Below are positions 1 to 12,784 of a stretch of DNA of 64,000 nucleotides, piece after piece. Both the position numbers and the translations under genes were made by a program. The notes beneath the pieces are model-generated. The model saw nothing but the letters and a program-made list of their open reading frames with translations. It was not told the origin of the DNA and ran no database searches. Position 1 is the stretch's first letter. Every line of letters starts with the position of its first letter. Source of the stretch: Chiloscyllium plagiosum (taxonomy: Eukaryota); the NCBI RefSeq assembly GCF_004010195.1, contig NC_057719.1, positions 19,145,347 to 19,209,346 of the forward strand. The letters are read 5' to 3'.

Positions 1-108
1 AGTTCCTCCAAGATTAGTTGTGAATTTCACTGTTTGTTAATTTTCCCAGATGCACTCCGATGTCCAGCGATACATGAATTCAAACAGCAAAGGCAGTAAC
101 TGTGCGGG

Positions 109-133
109 TTCTCTCTCTCTCTCTCTCTCTCTC
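109..133. repeat. (CT)n microsatellite
   Basis: Seen directly. Confidence 0.9.
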
Positions 134-380
134 CTGCACTGTCCTCACCATGTGCTTCCTTTGTCTGCTCTTCTCCCTTTTAAACTGTTGTTGTTTTGAC
201 TTTTTTTTTCCAAAGTTCCAAAACAATCCAACAGCATATAAAACAGCAATCGGAATTCAAGGAAATCACCTCCAACACCTAAAATGCCTCAAAAAAAAGG
301 AGCAGCTCTTACAGCCAGAAATGTTTCCCGTCCTCCAAACAAAAAACCTGCTGTCCTGAAATAAAAATCCAATCTTCCAG

Positions 381-481
381 GAGACATTTCCCTGGGACAG
401 TTTAACTTGTACAACATTGGGGAATGGTGTTTCTGAGTTTGGAAATATCACCAAGTCCTGTATTCATCGGAACTTGCAAGG
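381..481 (+). pseudogene. Dynein pseudogene exon, start of the AAA3 P-loop region
   Basis: tcttccag| acceptor and G|gtacgt donor. Reads FPGTV*LVQHWGMVFLSLEISPSPVFIGTCK, resembling the AAA3 'PVLxxGxxG' approach. Confidence 0.4.
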
Positions 482-1591
482 GTACGTAATAAAGAATGTC
501 ACGTGATGTGGTTTCCGGTGAAAGAATGGATTGTATCGACAGTGGAATTGGGTGTCTCAGGTTTGGGATCACTGGGAATCAGTCTATGGCTCAGGCAGTA
601 ATAACACTGCCTGAGAGTCAGACCCTTGAGTTCCATTCCAGGACTTGCAGCCCGTAGATGAATTGAGCGACTGACATCAACAAGCCAGGATGTTTCATTT
701 CCAGTCCACAGCTACAATCTGGATAGATGTAGAAGAGTAGTGATTGTGGGGGGGGGGGGGAGCTATCCTGTTGTAAAACCACCTGCCAAGACCAAAACTG
801 ATGATTGATATGAATAGAGATGGAAAGGACAATCAATCAGCATTGTATGGGCCAACCACAAGGGTCAGAAGGTAAGTCGAGAAGGAAATGCTGGAATAAT
901 AATTGGGGATGTGATAGTGAAGGGTTACAGGGCTTGACATAGATGCTGGAATATGGGAGTAAAGATCAGGAAAGTGGTTATATCAGAACTGGTTTCAAGA
1001 GGAATGGTGCTGTGAAAAATATACAAATATTGGGCAGCTGAAACTATGTTCTTAGTGAACATGTATTTTATAAAAGTTGAGAATCTTAGGTAAAGTGCCA
1101 TGATTAATAATAGCTAAGGCTGAAGAGAGTAAATGCAATAAACTGGAACAAAGGTTATTCCTGATAAGTTGGGGTGAACGTATGAATCACTCATCAAAGT
1201 ATTATTAAAGTACTCTCAGTCAAACTCAGTTGTCTCCAGTCAAATATTGAGGACTCCTTTCAGTCAATTATCTCTTAGCTGTTCATTCAGGTAATTGAAT
1301 TTATATATATGAATTGGATTTGATAGTCAAAAAAAGGTGGTTAGAAAAATAATTCCTTTTTGAGGCCTCATCTGATCAGAAAAGTAGATAAGCATAATTA
1401 TTTTCTGACATGAATTAAATATAGATTGTACTTCTTATTTATGAAGAAAATACAATTTTCCATGATGAATCTAAGAGAACTGGAAATGAACATTTCAGAC
1501 AACTAACAGTATTTGAGTTATGCAAGATTCAAAACCTTAACACTTTTATACATTTTTCATAACTTAATTAGGTGACTGGTATAATTTCTAG

Positions 1592-2210
1592 ATTGCAAAG
1601 AACTTTGAGTAGACCATAGGGTACCTATGGCATTTGTTCATGCCTACATTTGACTGCATGGTATCTGACCACGTGATATTTGGTTGCAGCTTGAATACGG
1701 TAGTCTGCCTTTCTCTAAAGGCTGGGATTGCTGTAGTTGTATCTTGCCTCACCGGTTAATGCCAGTAGGTGCCATGCTGGATATTTTAAGGTGCACCTGT
1801 GAGCAGAAGATGAAAGGGAATGGATACAAGCCATTGAGAATGTAGAGTTCCAATTCTACTTTCATCCCAGGTTGCTATCTGCAACATCGAACTGATTAAT
1901 CTTCCATTTCTGGACAGTGCTGGACAACACAGATGTTTGCCAACCTGATCATAACTCTGACCACTATTCACTTCTTGTTTCCTGGTTTATTCTTGATGTT
2001 ATCAATAATACTGCTCTGACTGGTATTACTTTCAAGATTGTGTCAACATCATTGCATGGAACAGGATTACACTGTATTTTGTTCAATTTGTGAACCAAAT
2101 AATTGTTTATTTCTCTTACACCAAATGTGTTGGCAAGGACCTTTCTAGATTCCTCCTGATTGAATTCATTTTCATGCTCCAACATTTCAACACTTATGCC
2201 ACAGCTGAGG
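1592..2210 (+). pseudogene. Dynein pseudogene exon, AAA3 C-terminal half and lid
   Basis: Reads LMPVGAMLDILR, then after a frameshift AEDEREWIQAIENVEFQFYFHPRLLSATSN*LIFHFWTVL...YSLLVSWF...LHCILFNL*. Compare dynein 'WxxIEDVQF...SxRLxRHF...HYxFNLR'. Donor AGG|gtaaga at 2210; 5' boundary uncertain. Confidence 0.7.
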
Positions 2211-2565
2211 GTAAGATTGTATGAGAAATCAGCACGGTGGGAGGCAGGTACATACGTAATGAGGTGGGCAGCACAGAATTGTGTGAGAAAAGCCCCAGGG
2301 ATCATAGTGGGAAAGAATTCTTGGAAATTTCCAAATTTGATTTGACTAGAAGTGATGATATTAAGGGAGTGCAGATTTTGGTGGCGATAGATTTGGGGGA
2401 TAGATTGCCAGGTAAGCTAGTGGGGCAAGGTGCCAGTGAATGATGTGGTAGATTGCCAGGTTGGAGGGAGATTTGGATTCCAGGTAACTGAGGGGTTACG
2501 GTGCCAGGTACATGAAGGGTTAGTATGTGAAGTGGTCTCGGGGTTTAGGATGTTGCGTGGAATAC

Positions 2566-2888
2566 CATGTGCCTCCACCACTACCTCTGGCAGCTCATTC
2601 CATACATGCATCACCCTCTGCATGAAAATGTTGCCCCTTGGGTCCCTTTTAAATCTTTCCTCTCTCACCCTAAACCTATGCCCTCTAGTTCTGGACTCCC
2701 CCACCCCAGGGAAAAGATTTTGTCTATTAATCCTATTCGTGCCCCTCATGATTTTATAAACATCTATAAGGTCACCCCTCAGCCTCCGACACTCCAGGGA
2801 AAACAGCCCTAGTCTGTTCAACCTCTCCCTATAGCTCAAATCCTCCAACCCTGGCAACATCCTTGTAAATCTTTTCTGAACCCTTTCT
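2566..2888 (-). mobile_element. CR1 LINE ORF2 3' fragment
   Basis: MLPGLEDLSYRERLNRLGLFSLECRRLRGDLIDVYK...WNELP. Confidence 0.9.
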
Positions 2889-3450
2889 TGGGGAGACTGA
2901 ACACCAACTGGTGGAGCATTTCAGGGAACTTACCAAAAAATCCCACCACCTTCTGGCAAAACACTTCAAGTCCCCCTCATACCCCCCCATGGATGTAAAT
3001 CGTGAGTCTCCTCTACCGTCAAATCAAAGCTAACCACCAACTCAAGGAAGGACACCTCATCTTCCACCTCAGGACTCTACAACCTCATGGCATCAACATC
3101 AATTTCACCAGTTCCTAAATTTTCCCACCTTATCCCAGATTTAACCCTCCAACTCGACACTGTCCTCTTGACCTGTCCTACCTGTCCATTTTTCTTCCAC
3201 TCTACCCTCCAACCTATCACATTTACCTCCCAACTGCATCCACCTCTCACCTTCCCACCCACCTTCCCCACAGCCCCACCACACCCCGCCTCACCCCTAT
3301 TTATCTCTGCCCCCTTCCCCCTCTACATTCCTGATGAAGGGCTTATGCCCGAAATGTTGATTCTCCTTCTCCTCGGATGCTGCCTGAATTGCTGTCCTTT
3401 TCTAGCACCACACTCTCGACTCTGACTCTCCAGCATCTGCAGTCCTCACT
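2889..3450 (+). mobile_element. Penelope-like element 3' part (GIY-YIG remnant plus terminal repeat, family A)
   Basis: GET...FRE remnant, C-rich tract, and the terminus shared with 52140-52285. Confidence 0.8.
3327..3362 (+). ncRNA. Minimal hammerhead ribozyme motif (family A, CpG-decayed)
   Basis: attc-CTGATGA-A-GGGC ttat GCCC-GAAA-tgTT-ga. Confidence 0.55.
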
Positions 3451-5319
3451 TGGTTCATTGACCCGCTCTGCTATTCAATAATATCATGGCTGATCTGATT
3501 TTAACCTGAACTCTACAATCCTGCATATCTCTGATAATCTTTCATCCCCTCAGTCATCAAGAAACTATCTACCTCTTCTTGAAAAATATCTAAAGACTCT
3601 GCATCCATTAATTTTTCTACAAAGGCATTATAAGATTCAAAGAAAACTTCAAGGGGATATCAATAAGATATTGGAATCTGAGACAATGTGGTATTCGGAA
3701 CTCAGCATCAGAAAGAAATAATTATTTCATTTTGAATGGAGGGAGATTCAGATTCATAAGATAGTCCAGGCAGCACTCACAGTGGCAATGGCCCACATAA
3801 ATATAATTAAATATGATATCTTAACAAAATGAAACAAAAGTGAGGGATGGTCAATTGATATAATGCATAATCAGAACCAAAGTTGGAATGTTAAGTGCAG
3901 GTTTAAGCTATACAATGGAAGCTTAATGCAATACAAAAGGTACATTACAGATTAACTGCAATTCTCTGCAGCATAGGGAAACTCATATATGAAAAAATAC
4001 CTGAAAAATGGGAGCTGTTTTTATTATAATAGAGGGCATAATGCAGTGATATGATAAAATTGTTTAAAGTTATGAAGGATTATAAAAACAGGATTGAGAG
4101 ACTGCAGAATACTCTTGCAGAGTTAATGACTAAAGAATGGGTTAGATAGATGGTTGAAGGAAAAGAGAATTAAAGTGATATTGGAACAGAGTAACAATTG
4201 CTGTTTATCTTAAGGATAAACACAAGCGCAATTGGAGGACCTATTTCCATGTTATAATTTCAATGTGTCATTTTTTAAAGTAACTTTCTTGGTATTTAAA
4301 AAAACAAACCTCTATATTCAGGATTTTAAATATTTAAAAATATATTTTTAAAAAATTATTTATCCCCGCTATTTTAAACTTGAGATTTGCTTCAACTACA
4401 TACTTGCATCAAATGCTGGGAGAGATATTATGAAGCACAGTCAATAAAGGCCACAGATATTCATTTTGGTCCTTGGGGCTTTGCCTTTTCAAATACTATC
4501 TATGGCTTGCTTGATTTCATGAGTTTTCAAATATTGATTTAGCTTATCCTGTATTTTTATACTTGCTCCTTTCTATGAATTTAATAAATTTACTTTATTT
4601 TGAATTGAGAATATCCAATTTTTTGGACAGAAATACATATTCAGCATTATTGCAGTTATGTGGTTAAATAGAAGTATTCATTTAACTTCATCAATTTACT
4701 TTTTCCTTTGTGAGTGAAATTCTGACACAATTTGTGTGATCAATTCTTGGTTCATTTTCTTCACTTCAAATTACATGAGCTCTGGGTTTAGATTTTTGTT
4801 TCCCAGTTTTCTTTCCACTTCTAATTGGAAGTGTTGACTGGTCCCTTTCTAGAGGAAATAGTATTTGGCATTTTCCAATTGATTATGGGTGACCCTCAAC
4901 ATTAAGCTGTGCTGTGATCACATTTTATTCCTGCCCTTTGCCAGATATACACAGTTCCAGAAAGGCCTGTTATCTAGGACTAAGAAACAGGCATAATTCT
5001 CCTTCTGTTAAGTAATAGATCCCTCCTGACACTTGGGCTTTAATCAACCAACTCAGCATAGGTTAAGAATTGAACCTGCAACCTTTCTCATTCGTGTGCC
5101 TCAGAGATGGATAATTTCCTGCAGGCAATTAGAATACTGATTTTTTTTCCATTCTGGGGAGACTTGAGGGACACATCAGTTGAGCATGCAAAAAAAACAG
5201 ATAATGTACTTAATAAATGTAAAGAAAATGCTTTATAATGCCTGTAATCATTATTTATAACAAATTATAATGCACATTAAGTCCATTGAAAGTGAAATGT
5301 TACAGCATTTCTAATACAG

Positions 5320-5623
5320 ATTCGACATGTTGTATGTTGTCTAAGGGTTTGGAAACGTGCATCATCTGGAGTGCAGGGTTCCAGTGAATAACTGATAAGG
5401 CTGTTCTATGACTGGCAGGTACTGCTTCAAAGTGAGACAATTGAGTTTTTGCAAGCTGTTGGTTCCGAAATTTCTCTCCATGCATTTTGTCTTTGTCTCG
5501 AATATAGACCATTCCTTTTATTTCGCCTAAGCAAAGCATTCAGAATGTCTTTGTCATGCTCACTCTTTGACTATCTTGAGAGCACACCCAGCATTGATAT
5601 ACTTCTCTTGCAGCAAATTGTGG
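5320..5623 (+). pseudogene. Dynein pseudogene exon, AAA3 lid
   Basis: aatacag| acceptor in phase 0, matching the previous donor. Reads IRHVVCCLRVWKR...SE*LIRLFYDWQVLLQSETIEFLQAV; compare 'LRLWxHExxRVFYDRL'. One in-frame stop; G|gtaaac donor. Confidence 0.65.
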
Positions 5624-5641
5624 GTAAACGTTTGACAAGTT

Positions 5642-6672
5642 TGCAGTAACCCCTTTTTAACTCAAGCACATTACACTATGAGACAGACAAAAGGGACAAG
5701 GTTCAGGGGAAGGTCTAATATAACTTAACTGAACACTTCATCAAGGACAAGCAATATTAATCTTGGTCTACTATGTTACTTTTCTATTAAACTCTATCAA
5801 TCTCTTCACAAGTCTCTTCAGTACACAGACATAAATCTCTAAGGAAACCATCTCAAATCTATACTAACTATCTGAGGATTTGCTACACCCTATCCATAGG
5901 TCCTGAGCACTGTATTTGAACCGTTTGTTTGAAACAGCTGATAATACACGTTAAATAAGGCCGGTACAGGCTATTCCTTCATCTTTAAGGGTTGCCTGAT
6001 GTTTCAGGATCTGCAGTCATTGATTTGGGCTTCCCCTCTCATCTAGGGTTGGTTCTGGTCTTCAGGTCATCTCATTGAGATGTTCTTCAGGGTCTGGTCA
6101 GTCTGATGATGTTCACCATGAGGAACAAGGAGCTGGAGATACTGTGCAGTTCGGTTGCCAGTCAAAGGTGCTCTCTGGAGACATTGTTAAAGAAGATGCA
6201 AAAGCAGAGGGTGAGCTTGAGCTTCATGTTGCCCAGTTTATCCCCCTGTTCACACACTTCTAAAGAGTCTGTGGCCGGTGTCCAATACTAGCACTGGGCC
6301 GGGGCACAAAGTTTCAATGAGGTGTCTACTTTCCATAATTGTAGCTCACAGAACATGGATTTAAATCTTCAATCATCAAGTGCTGCCCTTGTTACGCTAT
6401 GTTCTTCCCTCCTACTGAACTGGCTGCTACCAGGTCCGGGTAGCATCCTTTAATCAAAGCAGCTTCCCTGGAGGTGGGAACAATGGTTCGTTCTGAAACA
6501 ATATGGCAGTTCCAGGCCTGTCTGGTCTCAATGGAAAGTTGATTGTCCAGGGTCTGGTTGTATGAATATTGCCTGCTTCAGCTTCACAGTTTGCAAATTG
6601 CTAGATTTAAACTTGGCTTCCACATTTTGAACTTTTATCCATACTCATGAAAATATGCAATATTTCTGTAAC
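5642..6672. mobile_element. Possible solo-LTR-like insertion
   Basis: TG...TGTAACA ends and a compositional shift immediately after a pseudo-exon; no clear TSD. Confidence 0.3.
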
Positions 6673-7297
6673 AATCATCTGACTACAAAGCATCTGGCCA
6701 TGTGACTGGCCTGGGTCCATCACTCGGAAGGGAGTCCATCACAAATCTGTGGACAATCCAAGGACTTGGATTTACGTAGCACCTTTTGTGACCAACTGAT
6801 ACCTCAAAGCGCTTTGCATGAAATGAAGTAAAATTCCCATCACAGTTACTGTGTAAGTAACGCACAGCAAACTCCTATAAACAGCAAAATGATACTGACT
6901 GGAGAATCTGCTCTATAGTGAGAGGATTGTGTGTGTGTTTGTGCACATGCATGCGCTGGGGCAAGCTGGATGGACTGTCTGCCCATATCATTATTACTTT
7001 CATTACGAGGGCTCTTTGAGTGGTAGTGCAGTCGTACTGTCTCCATCTCTGTGCCAGGTGGACTAGGTTCATGGCCCACTTGCTCCTGTGGTGTAAAATA
7101 ACATTTCTGAACAGGTTGATGAGAAAATGTCTCCCCTCCATTCTCCAGGGCAGGAGAACCATAGAAATCGAAAGAGCTGCGGATGGTTTTGGTTTAAGTT
7201 TCCATTTCTCCCTTCTTCACCTTTACAAGGGTTTTCTCTTTGCTTAGCTGCTATGAATGTCGAGTTAAATTTAACCATTCCTGGTTGTGCTAAGAAA

Positions 7298-7402
7298 TCA
7301 AAAACAAAAATAGAAATCGCTGGAAAAGCTCAGCAGGTCTGGCAGCATATGTGACAAAAATTCAGAGTTAACGTTTGGGTCAAGTGACCTTTCCTCAGAA
7401 AC
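7298..7402 (-). mobile_element. Short PLE-terminus element, family B
   Basis: Homologous to 8330-8426, 9330-9550, 18181-18344, 24895-25031 and 62467-62677; starts at ttCTGAGGA on the - strand. Confidence 0.7.
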
Positions 7403-8329
7403 TGCCTGGAAAAAGAGAGTGCAATTTTAAATAACTGTTTTTTAAACAATTGCTTTGCCTATTCTGTGACTTTAGTTTAAAATGGCTGCTGGTAAATTAC
7501 TATCCCGAAGCTTCCTGTAAAACAATATTAAAAACACTATGCTTCTTTTGTTCTCCTGGCTTTAAATTACTAGTCTGCGCACTACTGGTTAAAAATCAAC
7601 ACAGGTAATACCAGCAGACATAGCTCACTCAGTGAGTTAGTTCAAGCTTGTGACCACAACATTAAATAAGAAATTAATTTACACATCCCCGGCATATTTT
7701 ATTTGTAAGATATAAGACAAGATATTTTCAGTTCTGTCAAACTTAGATTAGCAACCATTTTGTACAATCCGTGGTATTCACTCTATCAAAATGGTACAAT
7801 TTTAAGCATATTTTTCTTTATTTTGCCCATTTCTTTCTCGTAAAGTGATGAGTGACGACAGCAAAGACTACAAAATGTTAACACATTCTATATGTTAATG
7901 CATGCGGAAACTATTTCTTACTGTGATTGTGTCATTACAAGCACTGGTGGATGAAAAGAATGGTGAAACACCAACCGAATACAGCATTAAGCAGAAAACT
8001 TGATGCAATGCAGATCTCCCACATTATCCTGACTAATGGGGCTATGCCCCAGTCGATCAGAACAATCCCCTCTCCCCAATAACTTTTGGTTTAAGTTTCC
8101 ACTTCTCCCTTCTACATATTATCTTTACAAGGGTTTTCTCTTTGCTCAGTTGCTATGAATATAGATTTAAATTTAACCATAGTTGCACTGAGAAGATGAT
8201 AGTGGGTATTATCTTTGAGTTATTGCTATCTTTGTGGGAAGGGTATGTCTCAATGTAGAGAATTCAAGGTGGCTGACAGTATTTGACAGGATTTGCCAGG
8301 ATATAATGTAATTTGGAGACGAACTTGGA

Positions 8330-8426
8330 GGAAACAAAAATTGAAACTGTTGGAGAAACTTAGCAGGTGTGTCAGCACGTATGGAAAGAAAGCACAGTTT
8401 CGGGTCCAGTGACCCTTCTTCAGAAC
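8330..8426 (-). mobile_element. Short PLE-terminus element, family B, with hammerhead core
   Basis: - strand gttCTGAAGA-a-GGGTC actg GACCC-GAAA. Confidence 0.7.
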
Positions 8427-9329
8427 CTTCTTTGTACCATAGCCAGCACACTACCATATCTACAGACCAAGCCAGGATTCAAAGTCAAGTAAGTAAACAC
8501 TGTTACTGAAGTCACAATAAGAACAGTCAGGTTTCTCTGATGAAAGGTCATGAAATGAAACAGTATTAACTCAATTGCTTGACACAGATGATGCCGGCGT
8601 TGCTGAGTATTTCCACTATACAGTATTCTTCTTCCAGATTTATTGAAATTGCAATATTTTGCTGGTACCACAGTCACATTGGATTGAATTTTAAATGGGC
8701 TCTATGTTCTTTATGGACTCCGCCCCAACCCATCTATGACTAAAAAGATGCTGGAGAGACAGCCAAGGGGATGAATGCTGTGAAGTGCTGGTGTTGTACT
8801 GGGGTGGACAAAGCCAGAAGTCACATGATGCCAGATTACTGTTCAACAGGTTTTTTTGAAATCACAATCTTTCATAGCACTGCTCCTTTGTCAAGTGAAG
8901 TTAGGGGAACAATGGCTGTTGTTGCTGTCATTAAATAGGCACTTAGCTGTTTATGGATTGGAGGGCAGATTTGCTCCCTCTCAGGAACAGGTAGTCCAGC
9001 CTCAATGGTCTCCTGGACTGTCAAAATGACCAGCAGCACTAAGGTCCCAGAAATGCTGGGTAGGAATTGTGTGCACTGCTGCGACTGTGGGCAGTCCCCT
9101 ATGGAGATCATTACTGCAAGCAGGAACCAAGAAATGGTGGGGTCGAGGTCTGGATTTAGCCAAGGTCAGACTAACAGGGCCCAGTGAAGTTGGGTTGAGG
9201 GGATTGGAGTAGCAATTTTGAGAAGATAAGTGAAAGGTAATAGCCGAAATGTGATTTTGGTATGGATAGGGTAGAGGGGAGGAGGGAGTTGATGTGTGGG
9301 GAAGGAGAAGTTGAGGAGTCTCATGACAA

Positions 9330-9552
9330 AACCAGAAATTCCTGGAAAAGCTCAGCAAGCCTGGCAACGTCTGCAAAGAGAAATCAGAGTGAATGTTTCG
9401 GGTCTAGTGACCCTTCCTCAGAATGTTCTGAAGAAGAGTCACTGGACTCAAAATGTTAACTCTGATTTCACTTGACAGATGCTTCCAGTCTTTTCCAGCA
9501 ATTTCTGAAGTTGTCTCTGAAATCCAGAATTAGCAGTTCGTTTGGTTTTTAT
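9330..9552. mobile_element. Head-to-head palindromic family B element
   Basis: Inverted arms meet at about 9423-9425, with a hammerhead-like core on each strand. Confidence 0.65.
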
Positions 9553-10223
9553 TGAGTTGTCTCGCATCTGTGATGGGAATATATGGGTGGTTGACAAAGG
9601 AATTCTGACACCCTTCCTTGCCCAATACTAGTTATGTACAGCTAAAAATGCTACCTTTCCACATAGCTGGTCACCTAAGGGCTGCAAGGATGAGGAGATC
9701 ACCAGATTTGTTCACCGCACCGCATAATATTTCATTATATTTCAGGTGGTGGGAAGGCCACACACTGAATTGTACAAGCCATCCACATCCAAACCGACTG
9801 GCACAAGTTCATAAAATCCAACTAACTACTTCTTCTGAAGTAAATTATTTTTCACCATTCATATGTTATGATTACTGGGAAACATATTTCTTTTTTTTCT
9901 GACTTTATTTATTCATTGAAGGGACCATCAGTGTCATTGATAACACTAGTATCCTTTACCCATTTGTCGCTGGCTTTGAGATGGTAGTGGTAAGCCACCT
10001 TCTTGTCACACTGCAGTCTGTGTAGTGAAAGTACACACACACATTGCAATAGATTTTGGTATAAATGAGTGAGCTATTCAGACCGAAGGAAGAGTCAACT
10101 GCGCTGCTGAGTGGCTAATGTCACTTTGAGGTCAGACAGGGTAAGAATGAAAGACCTCCTTCCCTGAAGGGCATTAGCGATGAAGAGAGTTTTATTTTTC
10201 ATGACAATCCAGTACTTTCACAG

Positions 10224-10530
10224 GCAACTGTTTTGAGAAAGGAAAATATGCTCCTGCAAGCCACACTTGAAGTTGTGAATTGCCCATCTCTCAGCAGAAA
10301 ACTACTTAGCCGATGGCAGCTGCAGATGTCCCCCTGAAGAGGGATCACCAAAAATCAAATTCAGGGCAGATGGAGATGGCACTTGCAAAGTGGCCAAGTT
10401 AATGTCAGTGTTGGCTGGATGTGTGGTCACTGTAGCAATAAATACAAGCCCTGTAGAGAGTCAGTCATAATGTGTTAGGGAGGATTTTTCATCAATACAT
10501 TAAAAAAAAAGCAGGCGCAAGAGAGTAATG
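10224..10530 (+). pseudogene. Dynein pseudogene exon, AAA4 P-loop region
   Basis: tttcacag| acceptor. Reads ADGDGTCKVAKLMSVLAGC (from 10366), then VREDFSSIH* and, across an A-run frameshift, KAGARE. Compare 'GxxGSGRxSLxRLAA...FREDLKxxYxxAG'. 3' boundary uncertain. Confidence 0.65.
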
Positions 10531-10742
10531 AGTCCTTTGCCTGACTGAAGTCAGTAATGCACAGTAATGGGTGATATTCTGTATGCTAATACTAGGATAA
10601 GAGTGTCATTACAAGCACTGGTGGGTGAAAAGTGTGATGAGGTGGCAGGCAAGTCATTCTGTTCACAAGTGCCAGTACGATAGATGATACTCTTATCCTG
10701 GTAAGAAGTACAGTTCGCAAAAATCATTAATATAGTTTTCAG

Positions 10743-11039
10743 TCATTTGTGTTAGAAATTTAATCAACTCTCCCCCTCTATTCAGGAACATTATTTCTGT
10801 TGAAATAAATAGAAGAGGTGCATGGCGGAACAGCTGACAAATCAACCAGTTCAGGACAATAGGAATGCTATTAGCTTCACTGTATAATTTACAGTATTTC
10901 GGTGGAATCCTGTCATTGTTAAAATGCAAAGGACCAATTTCCTCAGAGCCACACCTACAATAATCAATTCGCAATAAATGCAGCAGAAAGGACCCAGCAT
11001 CTGTCAAAGTTTGAATGGTGGAGCAGAACCAGATTGAAG
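10743..11039 (+). pseudogene. Dynein pseudogene exon, end of AAA4
   Basis: ttttcag| acceptor and AAG|gtaatt donor. Fragments VRNLINSPPLF, FRWNPVIVKM and HLSKFEWWSRTRLK; compare 'NLHVVL.M...IDWFxxWPxxAL'. Frameshifted. Confidence 0.45.
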
Positions 11040-11124
11040 GTAATTTCAAATCAGAATCCCTAATGTCTTCCTTAGACTAAAGATCCCATCTAGCATGATG
11101 TTGGGCAAGACACATGAAAATAAC

Positions 11125-11432
11125 AGTCAGGAGCAGAAGAAGATCACATGGCTCCATCAGCCCATTCCGCCATTCAGAAAGATCATGGCTGACCTGGTCA
11201 CGGCCTCACTGGAACGTCCTGCCTGATCCCCACTAACTCTTGACTTCTGAAGAAGCAGTCAGAATACTGTCTAGTACAGTCATGAATATTTCCAATGATC
11301 TAGTCTGGACTTCTATTTGGGGAAAGGATTTCCAAAGATTTATAATATTCCAAGAGAAGAAATTCCTCTTCATCTCCTTCTAAAATGGGTCCCAAATCAT
11401 GATTCCACTAGGAGACAAAATATCGTCTGTCC

Positions 11433-11493
<61 letters not shown>

Positions 11494-11527
11494 TCTCTCC
11501 ATCCATCCGTCTATCCCAGCTGCTGAC

Positions 11528-11624
<97 letters not shown>

Positions 11625-11810
11625 CTCCATCCATCCGTCTATCCCAGCTGCTGACACACCTCAGAATCTCATATGTTTCAGTAAGATTACTTTTCTCTCT
11701 TCAAAACTCCTGATGAGTACAGGCCTAATCTGCTCAACACTTCCTCATAATGTAAACATTTCATCCCAGGAATAAGCCTAGTGAACATCCTCTGAACTGC
11801 CTCCAATTCC
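11125..11810 (-). mobile_element. Old CR1 3' fragment interrupted by a microsatellite
   Basis: - strand VQRMFTRLIPGMKCLHYEEVLSRLGLYS. Confidence 0.7.
11425..11655. repeat. Compound (GTCT)n(ATCT)n microsatellite, duplicated in tandem
   Basis: Two units, each ending ctccatccatccgtctatcccagctgctgac. Confidence 0.9.
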
Positions 11811-12425
11811 CTAAAAGACTCAAAATGCAAGATCTCAGGTTTCACTTGCAACTTGTTTTGTCTTAACTCAACCCAATGGTGATTAAGACTCTCTACTAGG
11901 CGTTCAGACTTTGAGTTGGGTGAAAAAAAACAATATGTTGCCTTCAGGTCACTGATCATTGATTTTGGATTGCAAGCTCAAAGTAGAATCAAGCTTGGCT
12001 CTGATGTAATTCCTGGTTATGACTAAACTCTTGCCTCGTGGTCTTTGTGAACTTGAACTCATCTAAATGTTGAACCGCGTGCATGCTAACACCACAACCC
12101 AATCACCCATCACTGAGGTACATTGGCTCTTATTCTTGCAACACCTCAGTTTTAGAGTTCTCATTCTTCATTCAAATCCCTTTCTGGACTTACACCCTGC
12201 CACAACTATTTTAGCAGTTTAGCTCCTTCAGTGTAATACCATTACTCCTGCCACCCATCTCCTGGAATTTCCGCTCTTTTCCAATTTGGATGTTGTGCAT
12301 ATCTCTCATTTCCACCACTTCACTATGGGTGGCTGTGCCTACAGCTGGCATGCCCCATGCATTGGAGTTCTCTCAATTAATCTCACAGGCTCTCTGTTTT
12401 TGCTTTTCCTTAAAATCAATGTTTT

Positions 12426-12784
12426 TGAAATAACTCCACAAAAGTTGGTATCGCTTCACGATGTCATCTTTTTATATACACACAGAGAGTCCTTGACACT
12501 GATCGAACTCCCTCAAAACCAGGTCCCAGAGTGAACAGAATCTCTGATACTCCTGTTCTTTTTTTTTTAGGAAGATAGGAAAACATCTCCTGTTTATATT
12601 TTTTTTTTCCTTTTTTTCTTTTCTTTTTTTTAAAACCCCCCACACTACCACCTAAGTGCGGTAGTGCTTAGATACTCCTGTTCTTATCTGTCAGCCAGGG
12701 CACCCCATTGGACCAGATTAACAGCCTTAATTAGGGAACTCATTCTATGAGGCCCACCTGGCTGACCTCGTCATAATCACTACA
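12426..12784 (-). mobile_element. Short solo LTR (TG...CA) with a nested insertion
   Basis: - strand TGTAGTGAT...GTTATTTCA; homologous copy on the + strand at about 19903-20120. Confidence 0.6.
12561..12670 (-). mobile_element. 5'-truncated poly(A) retro-insertion (L1/Tx1-like 3' end)
   Basis: 15-bp TSD gatactcctgttctt (12546-12560 and 12671-12685); A-rich tail on the - strand. Confidence 0.7.

Noticed and set aside
1803..1847. AEDEREWIQAIENV as a PH-domain C-terminal helix
   Set aside because: No upstream PH strands; the downstream context fits dynein AAA3.
2385..2560. Spaced GATTGCCAGGT-like repeats as a CRISPR-like array
   Set aside because: Short, degenerate and irregular, in a vertebrate genome with no cas genes; a decayed minisatellite.
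11317..11713. ORFs with VCLS repeats
   Set aside because: Translation of a tetranucleotide microsatellite.
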